The position numbers were made by a program, and so were the translations under genes. The notes beneath the pieces were generated by a model. The model was not told where the DNA came from, did no database searches, and was given only the letters and a program-made list of their open reading frames with translations. From positions 79,480-143,479 of the forward strand of contig JBGASG010000011.1 in the NCBI GenBank assembly GCA_044229845.1: 64,000 nt of DNA. Direction: 5' to 3'. This document shows positions 27,597-37,554 of this stretch, one piece after another (within the stretch, counting starts at the first letter, position 1; each line of letters starts with the position of its first letter). Source of the DNA: Candidatus Obscuribacteraceae bacterium. Lineage in GTDB: Bacteria; Cyanobacteriota; Vampirovibrionia; Obscuribacterales; Obscuribacteraceae.

Positions 27597-29138
27597 ATGA
27601 ATAAATCCAGCGACTCACAGCCGCCATCCGTCCTGGCAAACAACAACACCAGAGCTGTGCAAGTCCTGGCGGCCAATACGGCTTCCTTTGCTGTTTGCTT
27701 CGCCTGCTGGATGCTGTATGGCGTTTTGATCACTTTTCTAGTCGACAACAACGTCTTCAAATGGAACCCATCGCAGATGGGATGGTTGATCGGCATTCCC
27801 GTGTTAACGGGCTCCATCATGCGCTTGCCGGTCGGAGTACTCACCGACAGATATGGCGGTAGAGCGGTCTATGCCGTCTTGATGCTAATTTCGGCCGCGT
27901 CCATGTTCATGGTCGGGTTCTGCAATTCCTTTGTTGAATTTCTTGTTGCCGGACTTTGCTTCGGACTGAGCGGAGCGGCCTTCGCCGTAGGAGTTGCGTA
28001 CACGTCGATCTGGTTCCCTAAAGAAAGACAGGGCTTTGCTTTGGGCATATTTGGAGCAGGCAACGCCGGCGCCGCTATCACCAGCTTCGGTGCACCACAG
28101 CTTTTGTCTTGGCTAACGCACAACATGCAGAACATAGAAGGGTGGCGACACTTACCTCGATTGTACGCCGCTGCATTAGTCGTAATGACAGTCATATTCT
28201 GGTTGCTGACTTCGACGAAGAAAGTGCAAGGTAAAGAAGGCATGACCATCATGCAACAGCTTGCACCATTGAAAAACGTACGGGTTTGGAGATTCGGACT
28301 CTACTACTTCCTTGTCTTCGGCGGATTCGTTGCTCTCTCACAATGGTTGATTCCGTATTACTTGAACGTCTACGGCATGAGTTTGGCTCTGGCCGGTTTC
28401 ATGGCTGCGCTTTTTAGTTTGCCCTCGGGAGTGATTCGCGCTCTCGGCGGCTGGATGTCCGACAAGTGGGGAGCGCGCAACGTAATGTATGTGGTACTGG
28501 TATCGTGTTTGGTTGCCTGCGCACTTTTGTGTGTACCGCGCATGGACATTCAGTCACCAGGTCCAGGAGTGATGGCCATGCAAAAAGGTATAGTGACTGC
28601 AATCACCGCCGATTGCGTCCAAGTTGACGACAAACGATATGCAATCAAACCCAGGCATCCAGAAAATGTTGTCACCATCGCCGATAAGAACGACAGTATG
28701 CTGATTTGGCCAACCCTGGTGTCATGGCAAGAACCGATGGTGAAGGTCGGTGATACAGTTCAGCGCAAGCAGGTTTTGGCTCGTGGAGTGACGCACATCT
28801 TTTTCCAGGCAAATGTCTGGATATTCACCGTCCTTGTATTTATCATCGGTGTCATGACCGGCATTGGCAAAGCCGCGGTTTACAGGCACATTCCCGACTA
28901 CTTCCCGCACGATGTCGGGGTCGTGGGCGGTATCGTCGGAGTCATCGGTGGGCTGGGAGGCTTCGTCGGACCGATACTCTTTGGTTATTTCTTGGACGTC
29001 AGTGGAATCTGGACCACCTGTTGGGTGTTTTTCGCCATCCTCAGCGCGGTCTGCCTGACCTGGATGCATTGGACTATTTCACACATGATGAATGAGCACG
29101 CACCGGAACTGGCTCGCCAGATGGCAACGCGAATCTGA
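27597..29138 (+). CDS. narK: Nitrate/nitrite transporter, NarK1-type, with an inserted soluble domain
   Basis: GIPVLTGSIMRLP, GIFGAGNAG and GIGKAAVY motifs. Confidence 0.9.
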   Translation: MNKSSDSQPPSVLANNNTRAVQVLAANTASFAVCFACWMLYGVLITFLVDNNVFKWNPSQMGWLIGIPVLTGSIMRLPVGVLTDRYGGRAVYAVLMLISAASMFMVGFCNSFVEFLVAGLCFGLSGAAFAVGVAYTSIWFPKERQGFALGIFGAGNAGAAITSFGAPQLLSWLTHNMQNIEGWRHLPRLYAAALVVMTVIFWLLTSTKKVQGKEGMTIMQQLAPLKNVRVWRFGLYYFLVFGGFVALSQWLIPYYLNVYGMSLALAGFMAALFSLPSGVIRALGGWMSDKWGARNVMYVVLVSCLVACALLCVPRMDIQSPGPGVMAMQKGIVTAITADCVQVDDKRYAIKPRHPENVVTIADKNDSMLIWPTLVSWQEPMVKVGDTVQRKQVLARGVTHIFFQANVWIFTVLVFIIGVMTGIGKAAVYRHIPDYFPHDVGVVGGIVGVIGGLGGFVGPILFGYFLDVSGIWTTCWVFFAILSAVCLTWMHWTISHMMNEHAPELARQMATRI

Positions 29139-29243
29139 TCATTCAACTACTCCTCAAGGCAGGCAAGCCGCGCCCAGCTACGATCAATACAGACGCCAAT
29201 CGTCCAGACCGCAAGAAAGGCATCAACGCCAACGCGTCGAACT

Positions 29244-29681
29244 TTATTGCAGTTTCAAGTTTGGAAAGAGACAAAGTCGCGCATTTGCGGGAGTTTGTAG
29301 CAGCTCGCTTATTTTTGTCTGTGCAAAGGCTTCCTCGATTAGCCCAACAGCGTCATCCAGTCTCTTATGAAGCGGACAGAGGTTGCTTGCGTGCTCTTCT
29401 AAACCGAGCGGGCAGACTTCGATTCGCTGAATCGGGTCGACGGCGTTGATGACTTCCAAGATTGAAATTTCCTCTGGCTCTCTATCAAGTGAGAAGCCAC
29501 CTCCTAATCCTCTTTGTGATTGAACTAGCCTGGCCTTGATAAGTGGCTGTAGAACCTTGGAGAGGTAAGCTGCCGGCACTTGGGTGGCTTTCGCGATCTG
29601 ATCAGCTGTATACGCCGTATCGCTATGATTTGCCAAAAATACGACCGCGCGCAGAGCGTATTCGGCAGTTTGCGAAATCAT
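29244..29681 (-). CDS. Rrf2-family regulator (paralog 2)
   Basis: SQTAEYALRA, SQRGLGGGF and CPLG..H..NLCPLH; divergent from qNOR. Confidence 0.92.
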   Translation of the reverse strand: MISQTAEYALRAVVFLANHSDTAYTADQIAKATQVPAAYLSKVLQPLIKARLVQSQRGLGGGFSLDREPEEISILEVINAVDPIQRIEVCPLGLEEHASNLCPLHKRLDDAVGLIEEAFAQTKISELLQTPANARLCLFPNLKLQ

Positions 29682-29763
29682 CGACAAGGCTCACTTCCTC
29701 CGTGGACTCCATTGACAGCCACTATGAGATTACATGACCGTAGTACCTATGGCTTAGTCAGAT

Positions 29764-29785
29764 ATCCAGATATTGATATCGGTTT
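29764..29785. promoter_or_regulatory. Candidate Rrf2 operator
   Basis: ATCCAGAT-ATTGAT-ATCGGTTT; its reverse complement matches 10078-10099 at 14/22 positions. Confidence 0.45.
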
Positions 29786-29839
29786 TCTCGTCTGCTAGCA
29801 TGCGTGTCACCCTGGAGTGTGCAACCGATGGAGGTTTCG

Positions 29840-32086
29840 ATGTCCTGGAGATGGAAGCTAGCAGTGCTGTTTGTGTTAATAGCGGGTTTTTCGACCTTAA
29901 TTTTTATGGGACATGAAACCAGTAATCAAGCACCACCAATTCCAGATCAGGTCGTCACTACCGAAGGAAAGGTCATTTTTACCGGCAAAGACATCCTTGA
30001 GGGACAGGGAGTCTTTCAAAAGTATGGGCTCATGGACGTGGGCTCCTTTTTTGGTCACGGTGCGTATAACGGTCCTGACTTCTCCGCTGATTACCTCCAC
30101 CGTGAAGCCGTGATCTCGTTAGATCGAGTCGCTCAGAGCCGGTTCGGCAAACCATTTGCACAACTGGAGGCTGGCGCCCAAGGTGATCTGACCAACAGCC
30201 TCAAACACGAGTTCAAAGAAAACAGATACGATCCGAAATCGAAAACGCTTACCTGGACGGATAACCAGGTGGAAGCATACCGGCAACTCCAACAGTACTA
30301 TGATACCGACTTTGGTGCTGGTCGCAAGTTACCATTGCCCGTCGACTACATCAAAGACTCCCAAGAGCGCCTACAACTCAGCCGTTTTTTCTCCTGGGGG
30401 TCCTGGGTGTGTTCAACAAATCGCCCGGGCAAGGACTACACCTACACAAATAACTGGCCTCCGGAACAACTTGTCGGCAACGGACCGAACTGGCATATCT
30501 TCTTCTGGAGCGCTATGAGTCTTGTGATGCTCATTGGTGGTATCGGTCTGACTCAGTTCTTGCTGAGCGCATTTCCGGGATTGGGCTGGATGCCTGATGG
30601 CGGCGGCATGACTGACAATGTCAAAGAGTACAAACCATATCGTTCTCAGACCTCGCTATATCCCTATTTTGCTGTTGTCGTGCTGCTGTTTTTGTTTCAG
30701 ACTGCATTTGGTGTCGTAACAGCGCACTACATTGTGGAGCAAGGCTTTTACGGCTTCGATATCCGCAACATCTTCCCATACAGCATTACGAGAAGCTGGC
30801 ATTTGCAGCTTTCCATTTTTTGGATTGCTACGGCCTGGCTTGCGGCAGGTATGTTCATGGCGCCAATGCTTTCAAAGCACGAGCCTAAAGCGCAACACTG
30901 GCTAGTCAAAATTCTGTTTGTCGCCATTTTGATTGTTGCAGTCGGGAGCATCGGCGGCGAATGGCTTGGTGTCAAAAATATGCTTGGCAATCTTTGGTTC
31001 TGGTTCGGGCATCAAGGTTGGGAATATCTAGAGCTAGGACGCTTCTGGCAAGCCCTTCTGACCATAGGAATGGTGCTCTGGGCCGTCATTGTTTTTCGCA
31101 GCATTAACCCTTTGCTGAAAGGAAAGGATCTCGGAAGTCTCCCCTACATGCTGCTCTACGGCGTCATGGCAATTCCGTTGTTCTTTAGCTTCGGCATGAT
31201 GTACCATCCCGGCACGAATTTTGCAGTTGCCGATTTTTGGCGCTGGTGGGTCGTTCACTTGTGGGTGGAAGGCATCTTTGAACTGTATACAACAATCATT
31301 GTTGCTTATTTCTTCTGCAGTCTCGGCATGGTTTCGGAAAAATCCGCTCTATCTGTCATTTACGTTGACATCATTTTGTATCTGGGCAGCGGCATTGTTG
31401 GAATCGGTCACCACTACTACTGGACGGCACAGCCCGCAATCAACATGGCATTGGGTTCAATGATTTCAGCCTGGGAGGTGGTACCGCTGACGTTACTAAC
31501 GATGGAAGCGTGGAAATTTGTAGAACTAGCCAAAGTCAAAGGTTCGATAAAAAACTTCTCTCACTATTGGGCGATGATGTTCCTGATAGCAGTAGGATTT
31601 TGGAACTTTCTCGGGGCAGGTGTGTTCGGCTTCTTAGTCAACACGCCGATCGTCAGCTACTACGAGCACGCGACTTATCTGACCTCAAACCACGGACACG
31701 CGGCTCTCATGGGTGTGTACGGAATGCTCGCGGTAGCAGCCGTTTTATTTTGCACACGCTACCTGATGATTGAAGATGCTTGGAGCAACCGATTGGCAGC
31801 GCTTTCTTTCTGGGGCTTGAACATCGGACTCTTGCTCATGTTAGTGCTCAACATATTCCCGGCTGGCGTAATCCAAATGGTGGAAAGCTATCAAAACGGC
31901 TTCTGGTCTGCTCGCAGCCCAGAGTTCGTCCAGTCGCACCTGTTTCAGGTGTTTACCTGGCTACGTGTCGTTGGTGATTTAACTTTTGTCGTAGTGGGCG
32001 TATTCCCGCTAGTTTTCCTAGTTCTCAGAGGCATATTTCATTTGCGACCAGCGAGGCAGCCCGAAAGTCTTCCGCAAACTACCTAG
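29840..32086 (+). CDS. norB: Quinol-dependent nitric oxide reductase (qNOR)
   Basis: GHGAY.GPD, YTNNWP, RSWHLQ, WWVVHLWVEG.FE, GHHYYW, EVVPL and HGHAAL motifs; GGAGG SD. Confidence 0.95.
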   Translation: MSWRWKLAVLFVLIAGFSTLIFMGHETSNQAPPIPDQVVTTEGKVIFTGKDILEGQGVFQKYGLMDVGSFFGHGAYNGPDFSADYLHREAVISLDRVAQSRFGKPFAQLEAGAQGDLTNSLKHEFKENRYDPKSKTLTWTDNQVEAYRQLQQYYDTDFGAGRKLPLPVDYIKDSQERLQLSRFFSWGSWVCSTNRPGKDYTYTNNWPPEQLVGNGPNWHIFFWSAMSLVMLIGGIGLTQFLLSAFPGLGWMPDGGGMTDNVKEYKPYRSQTSLYPYFAVVVLLFLFQTAFGVVTAHYIVEQGFYGFDIRNIFPYSITRSWHLQLSIFWIATAWLAAGMFMAPMLSKHEPKAQHWLVKILFVAILIVAVGSIGGEWLGVKNMLGNLWFWFGHQGWEYLELGRFWQALLTIGMVLWAVIVFRSINPLLKGKDLGSLPYMLLYGVMAIPLFFSFGMMYHPGTNFAVADFWRWWVVHLWVEGIFELYTTIIVAYFFCSLGMVSEKSALSVIYVDIILYLGSGIVGIGHHYYWTAQPAINMALGSMISAWEVVPLTLLTMEAWKFVELAKVKGSIKNFSHYWAMMFLIAVGFWNFLGAGVFGFLVNTPIVSYYEHATYLTSNHGHAALMGVYGMLAVAAVLFCTRYLMIEDAWSNRLAALSFWGLNIGLLLMLVLNIFPAGVIQMVESYQNGFWSARSPEFVQSHLFQVFTWLRVVGDLTFVVVGVFPLVFLVLRGIFHLRPARQPESLPQTT

Positions 32087-32105
32087 ACTAAGCGCGTGGC
32101 ACACA

Positions 32106-33980
32106 ATTGAGCATAGGTAGGATCTCACGATCTTTCCCTGCCACACCACCGTGCGTACGGGTCCGTACACGGCGGTTCGGTGGCGCATTACGCGGCGAGC
32201 TGGATCAGCCCCAGCTCGCTGAAGTACTTGTTGGGAAATGCCAGAGTGAGCGCTGGACTGTTGCTGAGGCGCCAGGCACCGTGTGGGCTGCCAGCGGTCT
32301 GTGCAGCGAGGTTCGCGTTTACACCTCGTGCCCGCAGCTCCACATATCGCTTACGCCCTCGCTTCCACTGGAGCCAGATGCAACGTCGAAGTCGCCGCCG
32401 AATCCAGCTATCCAGTTTGGCAAGTACCGTAGGCGTTTCGCAGAAACCGAAGTAGCCGCGCCAGCCGGTCAGGTAGCGCGAAAGTTGCTCGACTATCTGT
32501 GGCAGGCTCATTCCTTTGGTCTTGCGTGTGGTCTCTCGGACTCGTTGCTTTAGCCGAGCTATCGCCACGGCGGCGATTCGCCGCCGCGGTTTATTCTCCG
32601 CCGTAAAACTAAATCCGAGAAACCGTCGGTGGTGGGGTCTGTCAACCGCACTCTTCGCTTTATTGACTTGGAGCTTCAGTTTACGTCCCAGAAACCTTGT
32701 GATGCTCTCCATCACGCGATTCCCGGCTCTCTGAGTCGTGACGTACACGTTGCAATCATCCGCGTAGCGGACGAATTTGTGCCCGCGCTTCTCCAGCTCC
32801 TTGTCCAGCACGTCGAGCATGACATTGCTCAATAGCGGTGAAAGTGGACCTCCTTGCGGTTGCCCTTCTACGGTCGGTTGAACCAGTCCGCCCTCAAGTA
32901 CACCGGCGTTGAGGAAGCGACGCACCATGCATAGTGCACGCTTGTCTTCAATTCGCTTCGCTAACAACCCCATTAGAACGTCATGGTTGACTCGGTCGAA
33001 GAACTTCTCCAAGTCAATGTCAACTACCCAACGCAGCCCGCTGCCTACAAGATTCTGCGCTTGCCGAACTGCCTGGTGTGCCGAACGTCCTGGACGGAAG
33101 CCGAAGCTCGATTGCGAAAACGTCTCGTCAAAATAACTCTGCAGAATCTGCTGCATCGTTTGCTGTACAAAACGGTCGAGCACAGTGGGAATGCCAAGCT
33201 TCCGCATTCCACCACCCGCCTTGGGTATCTCAACTCGTCTCAGCGGCTGCGCCGCATAGTTTCCTTCGAGCAGATCTTGCCGAATCTCTTGCCAGTGCGC
33301 TTTCAGGTATGCGGGTAGTTGTTCGACTGTCATCCCGTCAACTCCCGCTGCACCCTTATTCTGAAGCACTTTCTGCAGTGCTCGTTTCGCGTTTCCCTTT
33401 GCCACCACCATCTCCATTACTCGCGAAATGCGTGGGATTTCGGTTTCGGTCGACGGTGTTTGCAATTCGGTCCCTTTTCCGGCTTGCCTCATGGCTTCAC
33501 CATTTGGCGCCTCGGCGAAGGTCTCTTTGAGAATTTTCTGCCGCTTCTTGCTCATTAGTCTTCCGTTGTGTGGCGTCCTACTCTCCCTTCCTTTAAGCCC
33601 TTGCGGGCGCCGTTCGGACCTTCGGCATGCTTGCCTACTACGTCCTCTGCTGACTTCTACATTGCGGTCAGATCCCCTTGCGGCCTCAGTCCGATTGCGG
33701 ACACAATGCAGATCTCCCAGGGTAAGTTCGATCTCCTTCCTCACATCCTCGCCGGATCTACACCCCCAGCCCTTGATGACTATGCGCTTTGCGTCATCTG
33801 CCTGCTCGCGCGGCTGGGTATGCCTCAGTATCCGATTCCTGTTCGTCGAGTCGTGAGTTTGCACCACGCTTCCTTCAGACATTGCCTCGCGACTTTACCC
33901 TTGCGCGTTGCTAGCACTTCACCGTCATCAGGTTGTGTAAAGGACTTTCACCTCCTAGATATCGAACATGCCTGGCACAC
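32106..33980 (-). mobile_element. Group II intron, class C (IIC)
   Basis: 5' end GTGTGCCAGGCATG at 33980; domain V GAACCGCCGTGTACGGACCCGTACGCACGGTGGTG with CGC triad; 3' end ..CTATGCTCAAT at 32106. Inserted 5 nt after a terminator stem. Confidence 0.9.
32188..33555 (-). CDS. ltrA: Group II intron reverse transcriptase/maturase (no endonuclease)
   Basis: NKGAAGVDG, RKLGIPT, PQGGPLSPLL and RYADD motifs; domain X. Start approximate. Confidence 0.92.
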   Translation of the reverse strand: MSKKRQKILKETFAEAPNGEAMRQAGKGTELQTPSTETEIPRISRVMEMVVAKGNAKRALQKVLQNKGAAGVDGMTVEQLPAYLKAHWQEIRQDLLEGNYAAQPLRRVEIPKAGGGMRKLGIPTVLDRFVQQTMQQILQSYFDETFSQSSFGFRPGRSAHQAVRQAQNLVGSGLRWVVDIDLEKFFDRVNHDVLMGLLAKRIEDKRALCMVRRFLNAGVLEGGLVQPTVEGQPQGGPLSPLLSNVMLDVLDKELEKRGHKFVRYADDCNVYVTTQRAGNRVMESITRFLGRKLKLQVNKAKSAVDRPHHRRFLGFSFTAENKPRRRIAAVAIARLKQRVRETTRKTKGMSLPQIVEQLSRYLTGWRGYFGFCETPTVLAKLDSWIRRRLRRCIWLQWKRGRKRYVELRARGVNANLAAQTAGSPHGAWRLSNSPALTLAFPNKYFSELGLIQLAA

Positions 33981-33985
33981 AGAAA

Positions 33986-34010
33986 GAGAGAGGCATTCAA
34001 TGCCTCTCTC
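33986..34010 (-). terminator. Intrinsic terminator of the hsp20 operon (intron target)
   Basis: GAGAGAGGCA-TTGAA-TGCCTCTCTC followed by TTTCT on the minus strand. Confidence 0.85.
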
Positions 34011-34033
34011 CTGGTTTGCGTCTCGGTGTAAAC

Positions 34034-34543
34034 TTAGACCGATTTGACAGCGATGCTCTTCGTTTCCTTTCCGGCCGTCACAGCCTTTGGCATTTTGATT
34101 GTCAGCACGCCGTGCTTATACAGAGCCTCTGCCTTGTCGTCCTGAATTTCGTACGGCAGCATGAGCGAGCGGCTAAACGAGCCATATTGACGCTCCATTC
34201 TGTACCAACCTTTCTCGTTCTCTTCTTTTTCCTGTTTCTTTTCTCCCTTGATGGTCAGAAGACCATTGGCAATCGACACTTCAACATCTTTTTCAGTCAT
34301 TCCGGGCAACTCAACTTTTACAAGCAATTCTTTGTCCGTCTCGCTCACGTCAACACGTGGAGCAATTTCACCGAAACTTTGCTCGCCGCCAAATCCGCTC
34401 CGCTCCGGATATTGAAACCAATCTCCGGCTCCGAAAAAGTTATCAAACAGACTATTCATCTCGCGTTGCAACGTGTAAACGGGATGCTGCTCTTCATGCC
34501 GGATCGGCAAGCGTTTTGATTTCCATGGTGTCAGATTGAACAT
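34034..34543 (-). CDS. Hsp20 / alpha-crystallin protein
   Basis: PRVDVSET, ELPG, ERQYGSFSR and GVLTIKMPK motifs. Confidence 0.93.
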   Translation of the reverse strand: MFNLTPWKSKRLPIRHEEQHPVYTLQREMNSLFDNFFGAGDWFQYPERSGFGGEQSFGEIAPRVDVSETDKELLVKVELPGMTEKDVEVSIANGLLTIKGEKKQEKEENEKGWYRMERQYGSFSRSLMLPYEIQDDKAEALYKHGVLTIKMPKAVTAGKETKSIAVKSV

Positions 34544-34923
34544 ATTGAAATTCTCCTTTTGCTTGAAATTTGTACTTCACTTTTGGGAAGCATGAGCCTC
34601 AGCAGTCCATTTGAAAACTGCGCTTCAATCTTTTCCTCATTGACGCCATCGCCAATAGCAAGGCTGCGCTGGTAATCGCCGAGGGCAAACTCTGAATACT
34701 GCAGTTTTGCGCCCTCAGGCGGAAGCTCTACAGCCAGAGCCGCACTAATCATCAGGATTCCTTCTTGTACCTGCACCTGCAGGCTGCGCGGATCGGCCCC
34801 CGATAGTTCCACATAAATCCGATAGGCATCATCGGTCTCGTAAACAGAAATGAGTGCGCGGCAAGATGATTTCGCCGGCAATTTATCGACTGGCTTTGTT
34901 TTGTCCAATGCGGCTCCGTGCAT
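34531..34923 (-). CDS. Hsp20 family protein (short)
   Basis: VYETDD, G.Y.R and IEAQFSNGLLRL.LPK motifs. Confidence 0.85.
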   Translation of the reverse strand: MHGAALDKTKPVDKLPAKSSCRALISVYETDDAYRIYVELSGADPRSLQVQVQEGILMISAALAVELPPEGAKLQYSEFALGDYQRSLAIGDGVNEEKIEAQFSNGLLRLMLPKSEVQISSKRRISICSI

Positions 34924-35010
34924 AAACCATCCTCCTTCCTCTCAATAACTTTCCTGCATTCCCTGTGATCAGGAACGCTAAAAATGTATCGCGACATAGA
35001 GGGTGCGCGT

Positions 35011-35028
35011 ATCAGCCGATAGAATGAA
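35011..35028. promoter_or_regulatory. 7-4-7 box ATCAGCC-GATA-GAATGAA
   Basis: Minus-strand TACATT (34988-34983) starts 31.5 bp from the box centre. Confidence 0.55.
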
Positions 35029-35107
35029 ACTCGGGAGTAGTCTGTGAATCGGCCTTTGTAAGGATGTATCCGATACCGCCTCTATATGACCGACGGGTTC
35101 CAGGAGG

Positions 35108-36457
35108 TCATTGCAATTGTGCGCTTTCCCGTTGCTTCGCGTTCAGCGTCGCCAGGTATTTTGCAAGACACCGGGCTTCCTCATCGTTGACTGCCAGCGG
35201 AGGCATAATTCCTGAATAGCTGTTCTTTTTCGGGTCGGTTTCTCGCAAGATATTGAGAAAGCTGGCAATTGCATCCTCGTCACGGGCTCCCAATAACTTG
35301 CGCATGCTTCGATAACCACTTTCAGTGTGACAGGACATACATTGATAACGGAAGATTGGCTCACCGCGCTTCTCTTCGCTCTCCTGCCCCTGTGCCATCG
35401 CGCCAGCCCATTTGCCAGATTGGAGAAATCCTGCCTGGCTGATGGCAGTCACATCCGACTTGTGAATGCCGTTTGAATACAAATAGTTGTAAACCACGTA
35501 AGGTTTGCGCAGCATCTCGCGCATCCACTCGGTGGTGCCGGTGACAGCCAGTCCGCAGACCATGAAGAGCAATGCGATGCGAAAAGTGAAAGCCCGAGGA
35601 TTTAAATAAGGCCCGAAGAACGCGAACAAAAGAATGGTGCCCGATAGAACCAGGGAGAGATACAGCGCACGCGCCAGGACTGAAAAATTGCCGACACCGG
35701 AGGCTTGAATGCCGGTGAAGATGGTCTCGATCGACGCTTGCGGCACTTGAGTCAAGAACCAGATGGTCGCCAGCGGTCCCAGAATGAAGACAGGTAAGAG
35801 CCACTTGGCGCAATAGCGCACCATCACGGTGCGAAACTTAGTTTCTTTAATCAGCGATGAAGTGAGCAGCGCATACATCCCTGCAATTGCCAACATAATC
35901 AGCAGGCGAATGCACAGCGAGGGGAAGTAAGTCGGATTGAACACTCCATCGAACCAGTTGTGGCTGGTCAACCATTTCCCGGGCGTCAGCATAAAAGTCA
36001 GCACGCCGTTGATGATTACCAGCGTGAACACCGAGAATACAGCATAGAACCTGGCTAGCTGCAGATGCTTTTCGCGAGAGACTTTGTCCCAGGTATAGTA
36101 ATAAGCAAAAGCTGTTGCCAGCTCAGCCACGAAGAAAAGATATTCTTCGGCCCAGGCCAGTGTAAAACTCTGTATCAACGAGGCGATGCCGTCCGGGCTG
36201 ACCAGGCTAATTGAAAACCATATTCCCACTCCGGTCACCGCGCCTGCAACAGTCGTCAGCAACACAAAGAAGCGCGAATGCTGCTTCAAAAACGCGTACA
36301 TGCGATCGTCCTGGCGACGATAAGCCAGTTCTTCGGCAATCGCCAGATAAATACCGCCACCGACAGCAAAGTGCGAGATGAAGATGTGGATGATTGAGAT
36401 TATCCCAATTATCCATGTGCCGCCGAGGTAAGGCACCACCCATAGCGGATAGTTCAT
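35108..36457 (-). CDS. Cytochrome bd subunit I-like oxidase fused to a C-terminal cytochrome c
   Basis: IHIFISHFAVG, GAVTGVGIW, W..EY.FF..E and EWMREMLRKPY motifs; CMSCH; no Q-loop. Confidence 0.85.
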   Translation of the reverse strand: MNYPLWVVPYLGGTWIIGIISIIHIFISHFAVGGGIYLAIAEELAYRRQDDRMYAFLKQHSRFFVLLTTVAGAVTGVGIWFSISLVSPDGIASLIQSFTLAWAEEYLFFVAELATAFAYYYTWDKVSREKHLQLARFYAVFSVFTLVIINGVLTFMLTPGKWLTSHNWFDGVFNPTYFPSLCIRLLIMLAIAGMYALLTSSLIKETKFRTVMVRYCAKWLLPVFILGPLATIWFLTQVPQASIETIFTGIQASGVGNFSVLARALYLSLVLSGTILLFAFFGPYLNPRAFTFRIALLFMVCGLAVTGTTEWMREMLRKPYVVYNYLYSNGIHKSDVTAISQAGFLQSGKWAGAMAQGQESEEKRGEPIFRYQCMSCHTESGYRSMRKLLGARDEDAIASFLNILRETDPKKNSYSGIMPPLAVNDEEARCLAKYLATLNAKQRESAQLQ

Positions 36458-37551
36458 GACAGGGCTCCCCAGATAGTGAATGCCACAAGCGCGATCAAGA
36501 CTGCCACACCAAATATGGTGGCCGTCCTGGCGCGGGCTTTTGTTTTGCCATCGTCAATTATCGGCATGATCACAAAACCCAACGCCACAAGCATCATCAA
36601 AATAATTCCGAAGAGTTCCCCTTCAATCGGTCCGACCATGGGGGGAATCAGTTTCAAAAACTGGAACGGTGCCAGGAAGTACCACTCAGGCTTAATACCA
36701 ATGGGGGCGGCCGCAAACGGATCGGCTTCCGGTCCCAGTCCCCACGGATATAGCATCACCAGGGCGAAGAGAACGTTGAGAGCCAGAATCCAGACCAGTA
36801 TGTCCTTCAAGAAGAAATTCGGAAAGAACTTCTCATAAGTCTTCTCATTGGGAGGTTTCTTGCTGAATGCCTCAGGTTCTGAAATACCGTGCACCTGTAC
36901 TAGCATCAAGTGTGCGCCCAAAATTCCCAGGAGCAAAGCCGGCAGCACAGCGACATGGATCATGAAGAAACGGGAAATTGTCGCTTGCGATATCGCGTCG
37001 CCGCCGCGCAACATATATGCCACCAGATGACCTACCAGAGGCATTTTTTCGGCTATGTCCAGTCCAATTTTGGTGGCAAAAAACGAAACGTCGTCCCAGG
37101 GCAGCAGGTAGCCGGTAAAACCAAAAGCCAGACATAGAACCATGAGCACCAGTCCACTCCACCATGTAAGCTCCCGGGGCTTTCGGTATGCCTTCATGAA
37201 ATACGTGCTGAATAAGTGCACGAAGACGGCAGCGATCATCAGGTTGGCGCCCCAGCTATGCAATGAGCGGATGAACCAGCCGAAGTTTATTTTCGTGTTC
37301 AGCTTCAGAATGCTGGAGTGCGCCGAACTGAGTTCAGGCACGTAGTAAACCATAAGCAAAATGCCTGTGACGATTTGCACAGCCAGGAGCATGCCGGCAA
37401 TTCCGCCCAGGTAGTACCAGAGCGAATGCTTGTGCAACGGCACTTTTTTCTTCGCGGCTACCTGGCGCAGTTCTTCTAGTGGCAGTCGCTCGGTTAGAAA
37501 CGAGACGACACGCAGACCGGAGCCTTTGGATGATGCTGATTCGGATACCAT
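36454..37551 (-). CDS. Cytochrome b of a Rieske/cytb complex (paralog 2)
   Basis: H-x13-H, H-x14-H, GYLLPW and PEWY motifs. Confidence 0.92.
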   Translation of the reverse strand: MVSESASSKGSGLRVVSFLTERLPLEELRQVAAKKKVPLHKHSLWYYLGGIAGMLLAVQIVTGILLMVYYVPELSSAHSSILKLNTKINFGWFIRSLHSWGANLMIAAVFVHLFSTYFMKAYRKPRELTWWSGLVLMVLCLAFGFTGYLLPWDDVSFFATKIGLDIAEKMPLVGHLVAYMLRGGDAISQATISRFFMIHVAVLPALLLGILGAHLMLVQVHGISEPEAFSKKPPNEKTYEKFFPNFFLKDILVWILALNVLFALVMLYPWGLGPEADPFAAAPIGIKPEWYFLAPFQFLKLIPPMVGPIEGELFGIILMMLVALGFVIMPIIDDGKTKARARTATIFGVAVLIALVAFTIWGALS

Positions 37552-37554
37552 GAT

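Noticed and set aside
29840..32086. NO dismutase (NOD) instead of qNOR
   Set aside because: The catalytic His/Glu motifs (HLWVEG.FE, GHH, EVVPL) look canonical.
16853..37551. Heme ci-binding b6f-type cytochrome b
   Set aside because: Both paralogs have Tyr (YYTGG, YYLGG) where b6 has the heme ci Cys; only the 14-residue His spacing is b6-like.
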